Positions 1 to 8,089 of a stretch of 15,373 nucleotides of DNA are shown one piece after another; position 1 is the stretch's first letter, and each line of letters opens with the position of its first letter. The translations under genes were made by a program, and so were the position numbers. The DNA lies in contig JBHHVU010000068.1 in the NCBI GenBank assembly GCA_046754465.1, positions 1-15,373 of the forward strand, given 5' to 3'. The stretch is from Nitrospinaceae bacterium (lineage in GTDB: Bacteria > Nitrospinota > Nitrospinia > Nitrospinales > VA-1). Below the pieces are notes generated by a model. That model saw nothing but the letters and a program-made list of their open reading frames with translations. It ran no database searches and had not been told where the DNA came from.

Positions 1-56
1 GGTTCGATTTTCTGGTGGCCCTTGAGCAGCGCAATTCTCTTAAACAAAGGGGTCAA
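1..56 (-). CDS. Possible N-terminus of a gene running off the left edge (MTPLFKRIALLKGHQKIE...)
   Basis: On the minus strand a GAGGAG SD-like motif precedes in-frame TTG codons at 56 and 47, and the frame is open to the window edge. Too short to assign a function. Confidence 0.3.
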   Translation of the reverse strand, partial: MTPLFKRIALLKGHQKIE

Positions 57-157
57 TTCTCCTCTTGCCTTCTTCGTTGGGTTTTAAAAATCCACCCCAA
101 TGGTTTCAAAGGCCGTCTTGTGAAAAGCTAATGACTCAAATCTTTTAAACAGGGCGC

Positions 158-649
158 CTAGAACCAAGTGTCCTTTCGGTATTGCCGGTAGCGGTCCCCG
201 AACTGTTCCTGGAGAACTTTTTCTTCCTCCCGCGCCCGAAAAAGGTTCAGGGGAATCACCACGGCAAACAAATAAATCATCCCGAAAACCGACCCGCAGG
301 CCAGGAACAGTCCGAACAATGTCAGACCGATGCCGCCATAGATGGGATGGCGCAGATATTTGTATATCCCCTTGGCGACCAAGGTCCTTGCACCCGGAAG
401 CACCGCCAGGGATGTCCCCAAATGGATCATCGCCAAAATCCACAGACCCGCTCCGAATCCGCCGATACCCAACCCGATATAAACGAGATCAGGATACCCG
501 AATCCGAAATTCTTGGGAGAAAAATACGCCACGGCAACAGGCAAAAAATAAACCAGCGGCAGAATTACGTTCAAGGCAAACCGCTGATTGGAAGATAAAG
601 ATTTATAGTCCCCCGGGCCACGCCCGGAAGGAGAGGGGTCCTTGCTCAT
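158..649 (-). CDS. Isoprenylcysteine carboxyl methyltransferase / PEMT family membrane protein
   Basis: Several hydrophobic helices plus the family motifs LVAKGIYKYLRHPIY and REEEKVL..FGDRYRQY. Start is ATG 649 or the upstream in-frame ATG 673. Confidence 0.8.
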   Translation of the reverse strand: MSKDPSPSGRGPGDYKSLSSNQRFALNVILPLVYFLPVAVAYFSPKNFGFGYPDLVYIGLGIGGFGAGLWILAMIHLGTSLAVLPGARTLVAKGIYKYLRHPIYGGIGLTLFGLFLACGSVFGMIYLFAVVIPLNLFRAREEEKVLQEQFGDRYRQYRKDTWF

Positions 650-818
650 TCTCCAACAACCCTTGTTCCGCATATAAAGTATGTCATATTACCAGCGGCG
701 GTTCGCCGCCGGGTCACGCCCGGCCCGTCACGCGGGCAGGGAGATTGGTCAAGGAATCATCGCCAGCCCCCAAGGGTCCGGCATATATAAAAATTTTCCC
801 CCTTCAGGGGGAGCCACC
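610..818 (-). repeat. Two tandem degenerate copies (about 721-818 and 610-720) of the ~100 bp repeat also arrayed at 12622-13072
   Basis: 691-712 is the exact 22-bp reverse complement of 12631-12652. 671-698 matches the reverse complement of 12743-12770 at 24/28. The CTGGCGATGAT, CCTTGACC and CCC-N-CCCGCGTG blocks are shared. Confidence 0.85.
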
Positions 819-845
819 ACATTCCTCCTTTTTAAAGAGGGCTTA

Positions 846-1952
846 TTATCCGTGTATATTCGGGGTTCCCTGGGTGCCTCCTTTCAGCAGGTACCGGTTA
901 AACACTTCGCGCCCTTCCAGGATTTCCACCTCGATCACCACCTTGAACGCCGGCAGGGAGAAGTTGGGGTTCATGAGTTTCACCGCGTCCTTTTCCGGAA
1001 TCAGAATATATTCCGCGCCCGCTTTTATGGCGTGATCTTCAACGAATTTTAAATCGGCGGACGAATAAGAATGGTGGTCGGGAAACGGAAAAAAATAAAC
1101 GACGCGTGCCTTGGCCCCTTCCAGCGTTCGGCGGAAATCCTCCGGCCGGGCGATTCCGCAAAACGCCGCCACCGCCCGGCCCTTTAGAATTCCCGTGTCC
1201 AGCACCTCTCCGTTATCCAGCCGGATCACCGAATCCAGCCGCAACGCGGTGCGGATCACGGGGATTTTCCCCAGGATACCTGCGTCCATGGCAGGACCAT
1301 TGCTAAGGCCGTGACACCGGGTCATACAAATGAGATCGGCCCGCTGCGTTTCCCCGGGGGGTTCCCTCAATTCCCCAGCGGGAAAAAGGCGTCCGTTGCC
1401 GAGAGGCTGGCGATGATCAAATAACAGGATATCCAAATCCCGGGACAACGCCAGGTGCTGGAATCCATCGTCGAGAATGAGCGTATCCGCCCCCAGCCGG
1501 TCGATGGCGTATCGACCGGTCCGGTACCGGTCGCTTCCGGTAAGGACCGGGACGTTCCTGAGCTTTTCAGCCATCATCACCGGTTCATCCCCCGCCCATT
1601 CCGCCGAGAGCAGGATTTTTTGTCCGTCGTGAACTACATTGACGGCCTTTCTGGACCGCCCTCCATAGCCGCGGCTGAGGATGGCGGGCTTGAATCCGTT
1701 GCCCCGGAGAGTCTCCGCGATCATCATGACAATGGGGGTTTTCCCGGTTCCCCCTAGCGTCAAATTGCCCACACTTATCACCCGGCGGTCCAGTTTGCGG
1801 GCCGGGAACACCCCACAACGAAAGGCCCGGCGGTGGAGACAAAGCCCCCAACCGTAAAGCCCCGACAACAGACGCAACCCCAGGTAGGCCGGGACATGAT
1901 ACATCCGCCGCTGGGGTGAAATGATGCGGTAATAGAGACTTTCCAAATTCAT
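846..1952 (-). CDS. lpxK: Tetraacyldisaccharide 4'-kinase (lipid A 4'-kinase)
   Basis: Motifs VISVGNLTLGGTGKTP (P-loop), LSRGYG, GDEP, ILDDGFQH, PAGELREP, FCGIARP, FPDHH and EKDAVK. Confidence 0.96.
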   Translation of the reverse strand: MNLESLYYRIISPQRRMYHVPAYLGLRLLSGLYGWGLCLHRRAFRCGVFPARKLDRRVISVGNLTLGGTGKTPIVMMIAETLRGNGFKPAILSRGYGGRSRKAVNVVHDGQKILLSAEWAGDEPVMMAEKLRNVPVLTGSDRYRTGRYAIDRLGADTLILDDGFQHLALSRDLDILLFDHRQPLGNGRLFPAGELREPPGETQRADLICMTRCHGLSNGPAMDAGILGKIPVIRTALRLDSVIRLDNGEVLDTGILKGRAVAAFCGIARPEDFRRTLEGAKARVVYFFPFPDHHSYSSADLKFVEDHAIKAGAEYILIPEKDAVKLMNPNFSLPAFKVVIEVEILEGREVFNRYLLKGGTQGTPNIHG

Positions 1953-1995
1953 AAAGTTGAACCCGGCTGAAGAATTCGGGGTATACTTTCCGGCT

Positions 1996-3279
1996 ATGGA
2001 AAGTTTGTACCATATTATGGTGGGTGTTGCTATCCTGGCCGCCTCCCCCCTTATCCTCGCGAGGATGGTCCTGAACCCTTCATTCCGTTCGGAGCTGGCA
2101 AAACGTCACCGGGGGGGGCGGTCCCTCCCCTCTTTGTCCGATTGTCTCTGGGTCCATGCCTCTTCGGTGGGAGAGGTCCGCGTGGCCAAAATTCTCATCC
2201 AAGCCATGAAGGATCTCGGAGAAACCCGTCCCATCGCGCTTTCCACTTTTACTCCCACCGGATACGATCTCGCCCGGAAAGAAGGCATCGACCCGGTGTT
2301 CCGGTTGCCGTTCGATCTTCCGTATTGGCTCAATCCCGTGTTTGACAAATTGAATCCGTCCATTGTGATCCTCATCGAGGCCGAGTTTTGGCCGAGCCTG
2401 TTGCGGCAATGCCAACGCCGGGAAATCCCCGTCTTGCTGGTAAACGGGAGAATGTCCCAGACCTCCACCCACCGTTACAAAAAAATAAAACCGTTCTTTC
2501 ACTGGATGACCCAGGGCGTGCGCCTGTTTGCGATGCGCAGTCAGACCGATGCGGACCGTGTTTTGTCACTCGGTGTCCCTTCGGAAAAAGTGGTTGTGAC
2601 CGGAAACATCAAATTCGATTTTCCCGCCACGCAATCACCAACGCCGCCCGGTCCGGAAAAGGTGGCCCGGCCCGTGACCCTCATATTCGGTTCTACCCGG
2701 CCCGGAGACGAAGGCCCGATCATGGAAGCCATCCGCCGTCTGCGAGAAGAAGACCCCGGCCTCAATTGCGTCATCGCCCCCAGGCACCTGGAACGCATCC
2801 GGGAAGTGGAGGAACTCATCCGCCAATACGGAATGGAGTTCGAACGGGACTCACAAATCCATGGCGGCATGGATGGCAAAAAGGGAGCGACCATTCTGGT
2901 CGACCGGATGGGGGAATTGAACCGGTACTACGCCCGGGGGACCGTGGCCTTCGTCGGCGGAAGTTTTCATCCCCGGTTCGGGGGACACAACATCCTGGAG
3001 CCCGCCGCCTTTGGTATTCCCGTCATCTTTGGAAAACACATGGATAACTTCCAGGAGGAAGCGGCGCTCCTCAAGAAATCCGGAGGGGGCATCCAAATCG
3101 ACCGTCCCGGCGATTTGTTCAAGACCCTGAACCGGCTTCTCACCCGGCCCGAGGAGTTGCGAGAACGGGGCCAGTCGGCCGGAGAAACCATCAAGCGTCA
3201 CCGGGGAGCCGTCCAAAAAATTATCGAACTAATAAAAAAATTGCAGACCGCGGACCGGAAACCAGAGACGGTAAAATAA
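1996..3279 (+). CDS. waaA: 3-deoxy-D-manno-octulosonic acid (Kdo) transferase, paralogue 1
   Basis: Motifs WVHASSVGE, LPFD, EAEFWP, NGRMS, GNIKFD, GSTRPGDE, IAPRHLER, VDRMGEL and GGHNILEPAA. ATG 1996 is chosen over TTG 1957 because it directly precedes the N-terminal membrane anchor. Confidence 0.93.
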   Translation: MESLYHIMVGVAILAASPLILARMVLNPSFRSELAKRHRGGRSLPSLSDCLWVHASSVGEVRVAKILIQAMKDLGETRPIALSTFTPTGYDLARKEGIDPVFRLPFDLPYWLNPVFDKLNPSIVILIEAEFWPSLLRQCQRREIPVLLVNGRMSQTSTHRYKKIKPFFHWMTQGVRLFAMRSQTDADRVLSLGVPSEKVVVTGNIKFDFPATQSPTPPGPEKVARPVTLIFGSTRPGDEGPIMEAIRRLREEDPGLNCVIAPRHLERIREVEELIRQYGMEFERDSQIHGGMDGKKGATILVDRMGELNRYYARGTVAFVGGSFHPRFGGHNILEPAAFGIPVIFGKHMDNFQEEAALLKKSGGGIQIDRPGDLFKTLNRLLTRPEELRERGQSAGETIKRHRGAVQKIIELIKKLQTADRKPETVK

Positions 3280-3313
3280 TTCAATGAAGTGCGGTTTCCG
3301 GTCTCCTGATTTC

Positions 3314-4642
3314 ATGATTCTGGTTTATCACATTCTTTCGACCCTGGCAGCTCCGCTGGTGGCCCTCGTTTTCGCCCTGGTCTCGCTATTCACCAGGAAC
3401 AAGCGGCGCGGACTGCTGGATCATTTCGGCCGGGTTCCCACAACGGACCCAGGCGATACCCGCAAAACCCTCTGGCTGCATGCCCTGTCAATGGGAGAAG
3501 TGACCGCGGCGGCCCCCGTCCTGGACCGGGTGCGGAGCCTCCGCCCCGATATCCGCATCGTGGTCAGCGTCACCACCGATTCCGGCTACGACGCCGCCCG
3601 CATCCAACTGCCGTTTGCCGACCGGATTCTGTTTCATCCACTCGACTGCCTGCCCTTCACCTGGGCGGCGGTGAACCGGATTCGGCCCGGCCTTTTCGTG
3701 ATGACCGATACCGGATTCTGGCCCGGCCTTCTCGATGTACTTTTCCGGCAGCGCATCCCCGCCATTCTTTTCAACGGCAGAATTTCCAAAAGATCGTACA
3801 GGCGGTACCAAATGTTGGGATCCTTCACGAAGGAGGTATTGGGAAAATTTACCATCCTCTGCATGCAAAACCCACGGGGAGAGGAAATGGTTCGGAGCCT
3901 GGGGGCGGACCCCGCCCGGGTGCGGGTGATCGGCGATCCCAAATTCGACGCGCTGCCTTCGGTCTCCAAGGAGGAGCGCGAACGGATTCGCTCGCGGTTT
4001 GGCATCGCGGCGTCCGCCCCGGTCTGGATCGCCGGGAGCACCCATGAAGGGGAAGAAGAAATCCTGATCGGCGTTTATAAGAAACTCAAGACCCAATTTC
4101 CGGACCTGGCCTGGATTCTCGCACCGCGCCGGGTGGAGAGGGTGAACGCGGTCGCCTCCCTTCTTCACGGCGGGGGAATCGTGTTCGTGAAACGCTCCGC
4201 GATTCAGGAATCCGGCGCACCCGGCCCCGCGAACGTGATCCTTCTCGACACGATGGGCGAACTGGCGGGATTGTATGCCATCGCCACAGTGGCGTTCGTG
4301 GGCCGGAGCCTCGTGGCCCCCGGGGGCGGACACAGCCTGATCGAACCCGTCGCCCAGGGGGTGCCCGCCGTGCACGGACCCTTCATCGAAAACATCCGTC
4401 ACATGGCGGACATGCTTTATCCGCACGGACTGGCCCGGGAAGTAAAAACCGGGGAAGAAATGGTTACGGCGCTCAATTCCCTGCTGGCCGACCCCGCGCA
4501 CCTGGCCCGATTGGCCGACAAAGCCCGATCGCTGATCCGGGAAAACCAGGGCGCTTCAGCCCGCATGGCCGAGATCCTCACAACGGGGTCAGGCTTGGAA
4601 TCCTGGAATTTTGGAGTAGAGTCAGACCGGTCTATTGATTGA
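3314..4642 (+). CDS. waaA: Kdo transferase family glycosyltransferase (GT30), paralogue 2 with divergent motifs
   Basis: Motifs WLHALSMGE, HPLD, DTGFWP, NGRIS, GDPKFD, GSTHEGEE, LAPRRVER, LDTMGEL and GGHSLIEPVA. Start is ATG 3314 (alternative 3284). The 3' end overlaps the convergent LuxR gene by 11 bp. Confidence 0.88.
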   Translation: MILVYHILSTLAAPLVALVFALVSLFTRNKRRGLLDHFGRVPTTDPGDTRKTLWLHALSMGEVTAAAPVLDRVRSLRPDIRIVVSVTTDSGYDAARIQLPFADRILFHPLDCLPFTWAAVNRIRPGLFVMTDTGFWPGLLDVLFRQRIPAILFNGRISKRSYRRYQMLGSFTKEVLGKFTILCMQNPRGEEMVRSLGADPARVRVIGDPKFDALPSVSKEERERIRSRFGIAASAPVWIAGSTHEGEEEILIGVYKKLKTQFPDLAWILAPRRVERVNAVASLLHGGGIVFVKRSAIQESGAPGPANVILLDTMGELAGLYAIATVAFVGRSLVAPGGGHSLIEPVAQGVPAVHGPFIENIRHMADMLYPHGLAREVKTGEEMVTALNSLLADPAHLARLADKARSLIRENQGASARMAEILTTGSGLESWNFGVESDRSID

Positions 4643-5768
4643 GGCGGGCAACGAGTTGGGCGCGGGTGTTTACCTCGAATTTCCTGTGGATGCTTTTGAC
4701 GTGGTTTTTTACCGTGTTCAGGCTGATGAACAGCCGGCCGGCGATCTCCCGGTCCTTGATCCCGTCGCGGACCAGGGTGGCGACTTCCATCTCCCGCTCC
4801 GTCAGGCTCCCCTCCTGCATCAGCCGGTTCATTTTGGAGAAGGGTTCCACGGCAGGCTTCAACCGCACCAGCCAGCACCGGTCCTCGATCTCCCCCTGCG
4901 GGTTCAGCAAAGTCACCTTCAGGCGGAACACCCCCTGGGGCAGGTTCACGAAGGGAATCGGTCGAACGGAGGTCTCGGCGAGAAAGGGAGGATCATAGCG
5001 TTCCGCCTCCCGCTCCACCAGGTCCGAAACCTCACTGGGAAGGTGCTGGCCCGGCTGAAGGGGCAGCAACTGGTAAAAAGCTGCGTTCCGGAAAAGGACC
5101 CGATGATCCAGACTGATCAGCGCAATTGCCGTGGGCACCTCCGCCAGCGATTCGGCCAAAGCCTTGTAACGGGTCAATTCCTCGTTCAGGGCCACGGTCT
5201 TGATCACCTGCAACAGGTGCGGGAGAATCAGCTCCATCACCCGGACATCCCGGTGAGAAAAGCGCTTGTCATTCGGAAGCAACCGATGAACTCCCAGCGC
5301 CACGCTAAAATCGGGCCGGTCCGCGATACAAATGCCGGAACAAAAGCGGTTCAGATTGGAATTGGAATCCTTTTGGTATTCCGGATAATCCGCGAAAAAA
5401 TCTTCCTTTTCCCGTTGAAGAACTTCCCGGGGCATATCAACATCGGTCGCGATCACCGAACGGGTCGTCACTATAAAGGTCTTGGATAGGGACTTAAAAT
5501 AAGTGGAGATTTTCTCCAATTGTTCATATTGGTCTTTTGGAAATCCGACGCAATCCAATAGCCTGGGACGGGTAAAATTTTTGGTGGAGAAATCTATATC
5601 GATCCAACCCCAGGCAGCGGACTGGCCATTAAGCAGCGGAAGGAGATGGTCCCCAATGCAGGCGCGGATTTCCCGGCGGCTCTGGCAATCGTGCAACCGG
5701 GTGATCATATCCAGGATGGACAGATAATCCTTTTCGGGAAGGGAGACGGGTTCCATGTGGAGGTCCAT
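4632..5768 (-). CDS. LuxR-family HTH transcriptional regulator with long N-terminal sensory region
   Basis: C-terminal LuxR HTH LTEREMEVATLVRDGIKDREIAGRLFISLNTVKNHVKSIHRKF. FSHRDVRVMELILPHL resembles the end of a GAF-like domain, and AIALISLDHRVLFRNAAF resembles the start of a PAS-like domain. No receiver domain is evident. Confidence 0.88.
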   Translation of the reverse strand: MDLHMEPVSLPEKDYLSILDMITRLHDCQSRREIRACIGDHLLPLLNGQSAAWGWIDIDFSTKNFTRPRLLDCVGFPKDQYEQLEKISTYFKSLSKTFIVTTRSVIATDVDMPREVLQREKEDFFADYPEYQKDSNSNLNRFCSGICIADRPDFSVALGVHRLLPNDKRFSHRDVRVMELILPHLLQVIKTVALNEELTRYKALAESLAEVPTAIALISLDHRVLFRNAAFYQLLPLQPGQHLPSEVSDLVEREAERYDPPFLAETSVRPIPFVNLPQGVFRLKVTLLNPQGEIEDRCWLVRLKPAVEPFSKMNRLMQEGSLTEREMEVATLVRDGIKDREIAGRLFISLNTVKNHVKSIHRKFEVNTRAQLVARLNQ

Positions 5769-5801
5769 AGTTCAATCTTGCTTGTTTTGGTAAGAATTTC
5801 T

Positions 5802-5900
5802 ACCGCAAAAACGCGAAAACTGCAAAGGGAAACAGCAAAATTCCCCTGTACTTTTTCCAAACCTTATGTTTTTTCCGCGTCCTCCGCAGTCTCCCCGGTG
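5802..5900. repeat. Degenerate inverted repeat with ~9-nt periodic arms (ACCGCAAAA/ACGCGAAA/ACTGCAAAG ... TTCCGCGTC/CTCCGCAGT/CTCCCCGGT)
   Basis: Left arm 5802-5827 and right arm 5871-5900 are imperfect reverse complements built from ACYGCRRAG-like 9-mers. Confidence 0.5.
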
Positions 5901-7327
5901 ATCTGTTTTTCCCACGTGATCCGGCTGACCGCCCAGACCGCCAAGGAAGAAAACAGGAAGGCGGGCACGAGTTCGTAAATGACCGAATCGGACAAGCCGG
6001 TCACCTTCCACAAAATGGTGGTGAAGAATCCCGTGAGCATTCCGGCGATGGCTCCGGCGCGGGTGACGTTTCGGGAATACAGGGTGAACAGGATGACGGG
6101 ACCAAAACTCGCCCCCAGGCCCGACCAGGCAAACAGGACGAACCAGAAGATCACCCGGGTCTTGGTGAGGGCGATGGCCATCGCGCCGAGGCCCAGTATC
6201 AAAACGGTAAAGCGGCTGACAAGAAGAATCTTCCGATGGGACAGGGTGCGCCGTAGCATTTGGGTGTAGATGTCGTGCGCCACGGCGGAAGCGGCCACGA
6301 TGATCTGCGCGGAAACGGTGGACATGATGGCGGCCAGCACCCCCGTCAGCACGATGGCCGTGAGAACCGTCGGCAGCAGGGCCTCGGCAGCACGGGGAAA
6401 AAGGTGTTCCGGATCGGCCAGGCCGGGAAACAGGGCGTTGCCGGCAATTCCCAGCACGATGGACGAGGTATAAATCATCAGCCCCCAGCCCAGGGCGATC
6501 CATACCCCCCGCCGGATCACCCGTGCGTCGCGGGCCGCCATGTAGCGGGTGATGACGTGCGGCTGGCCTGGATAACCGAGACCGATTCCCAAAAGACCCA
6601 CCATCGACCCGAAAAAGGCCGCGGTGGTTTTTCCGCCCATCCAGGTGAGAGTTTCCGGCGCCTCGTTGCCAACCTTGTCCACCATCCCGCCAAAGCCTCC
6701 CAGGTTTCCCACCGCCACCCCGGCCAGGATCGCCAGTCCCATGACCATGATCAGTCCCTGCACGAAATCGGTCCAGGCCACCGCCCGGAACCCTCCCATC
6801 ATCGTGTACAGGATGATGATTGCGCCGCCCACGGGGATGCTGAGGGTGTGCGGAATGCCGAAGATGGCGTCGAAGGTTTTGCCGATGGCGGTGAACTGCG
6901 CCGCCACGTAAGCCATCATGCTGGCGAAGATGATGACGACCGCGATCATCCGCAGGGTATGGCTGGAGTCATTGAAATGCGATTCGAGGTAGTCGGGAAC
7001 GGTTAGAGCGTGTTCCTCGTGCGAATGTCTGCGGAGTCTTTCGGCGATGAGCAGCCAGTTGAGAGCATACCCGAGAAGACAACCCGGCAGGAACCATGCG
7101 GCGGAAAGCCCATCCTTGTAGGCGAGGCCCACCGTGCCCAAAACGGCCCAAGCGCTTTCTGAACTGGCGGTGGAGGAAATGGCGGTGACCCAGGCCTTCA
7201 GCGACCGGTTGGCCAGAAAGAAATCCGCCGGGGAATGGGTGACGCGGGAGGTGACCACACCGATGCCCAACATCAGCAGCACATAAAGAAAAAATACCGT
7301 CCCGATAATACCGGTGAGTTCAGTCAT
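5864..7327 (-). CDS. putP: Sodium:solute symporter, PutP (sodium/proline)-like
   Basis: About 13 hydrophobic segments. Motifs DFFLANRSL, SSTASSESAW, YTMMGGFRAVAWTDFVQG, GYPGQPHVITRYMA, LAAIMST and FAWSGLGASFGP. The substrate is not certain. Confidence 0.85.
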   Translation of the reverse strand: MTELTGIIGTVFFLYVLLMLGIGVVTSRVTHSPADFFLANRSLKAWVTAISSTASSESAWAVLGTVGLAYKDGLSAAWFLPGCLLGYALNWLLIAERLRRHSHEEHALTVPDYLESHFNDSSHTLRMIAVVIIFASMMAYVAAQFTAIGKTFDAIFGIPHTLSIPVGGAIIILYTMMGGFRAVAWTDFVQGLIMVMGLAILAGVAVGNLGGFGGMVDKVGNEAPETLTWMGGKTTAAFFGSMVGLLGIGLGYPGQPHVITRYMAARDARVIRRGVWIALGWGLMIYTSSIVLGIAGNALFPGLADPEHLFPRAAEALLPTVLTAIVLTGVLAAIMSTVSAQIIVAASAVAHDIYTQMLRRTLSHRKILLVSRFTVLILGLGAMAIALTKTRVIFWFVLFAWSGLGASFGPVILFTLYSRNVTRAGAIAGMLTGFFTTILWKVTGLSDSVIYELVPAFLFSSLAVWAVSRITWEKQITGETAEDAEKT

Positions 7328-7629
7328 ACGGATCCGTTCTCCAGATTGCTTCCCGATTGATTTTCTTTCTTTGGGGCCGTCCCTATGGGTGTGGCGGCTC
7401 TGCTGAGAACTCTTGACTTTAGCTGGGTTCCATGGAAAACCGGTGCCGATAGTCTACCCGGCCTTGACCTGTTTCTTTCCCACGCAGTGGGTGGATTCTT
7501 CTCCGCTTTTTAGCTACTATAGCTTTTCCGGTGAATGGTACCACGGGGAAATTGCTCCATGCCACCTCAATGCAGGCTCCATATAGAGGGAAACGATACC
7601 CCAACCGAATCAATTGACAGGAGGACACC

Positions 7630-8082
7630 ATGGACAAAAAAGAACTGACCGCGAAATTGCAGGCCGCCAAGGAAGCTTCCGGAAAATCCTACGATCAACT
7701 GGCAAACGCACTGGGCCTTTGCAATGGGTATGTGGCGCAGCTTTTTCATGCTCAGGCCCAACTGCATAAGGAGACTGAGAAAAAACTTGTCAAACTGGTT
7801 CCCGGCCTGACAAGGACCCTGTTGAAGGAAATGCGTAAATGCCCCATGCGTTCCTATGATCCGGATATCATCCAAGAGCCCACGATATACCGGCTGACGG
7901 AGGTGTGCCTTCACTACGGAGAATCGCTCAAGGAAATCATCAATGAAAAGTTTGGCGACGGCATCATGTCCGCCATCGACTTCAAGTTGACGGTGGACAA
8001 GGTGAAGGGGGATCAGGGAGAAGACCGGGTGGTTATCACCATGAACGGCAAGTTCCTCCCCCATATCGAACAGAAAGCATAA
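7630..8082 (+). CDS. cynS: Cyanase (cyanate hydratase)
   Basis: N-terminal HTH-like domain plus catalytic region EPTIYRLTE...[13 protein letters not shown]...[12 protein letters not shown], with the catalytic Arg, Glu and Ser. SD AGGAGG at 7619-7624. Confidence 0.97.
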   Translation: [150 protein letters not shown]

Positions 8083-8089
8083 GGAAAGC

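Noticed and set aside
3488..4501. 337-aa minus-strand ORF and other ORFs overlapping waaA, luxR and the symporter
   Set aside because: Shadow or alternative-frame ORFs fully overlapping well-supported genes.
7328..7629. Riboswitch or sigma54 promoter upstream of the symporter or cynS
   Set aside because: I could not recognise an aptamer consensus. The TGGTAC...TTGC candidate has the wrong GG-to-GC spacing (15 rather than 10). An Rfam scan would be decisive.
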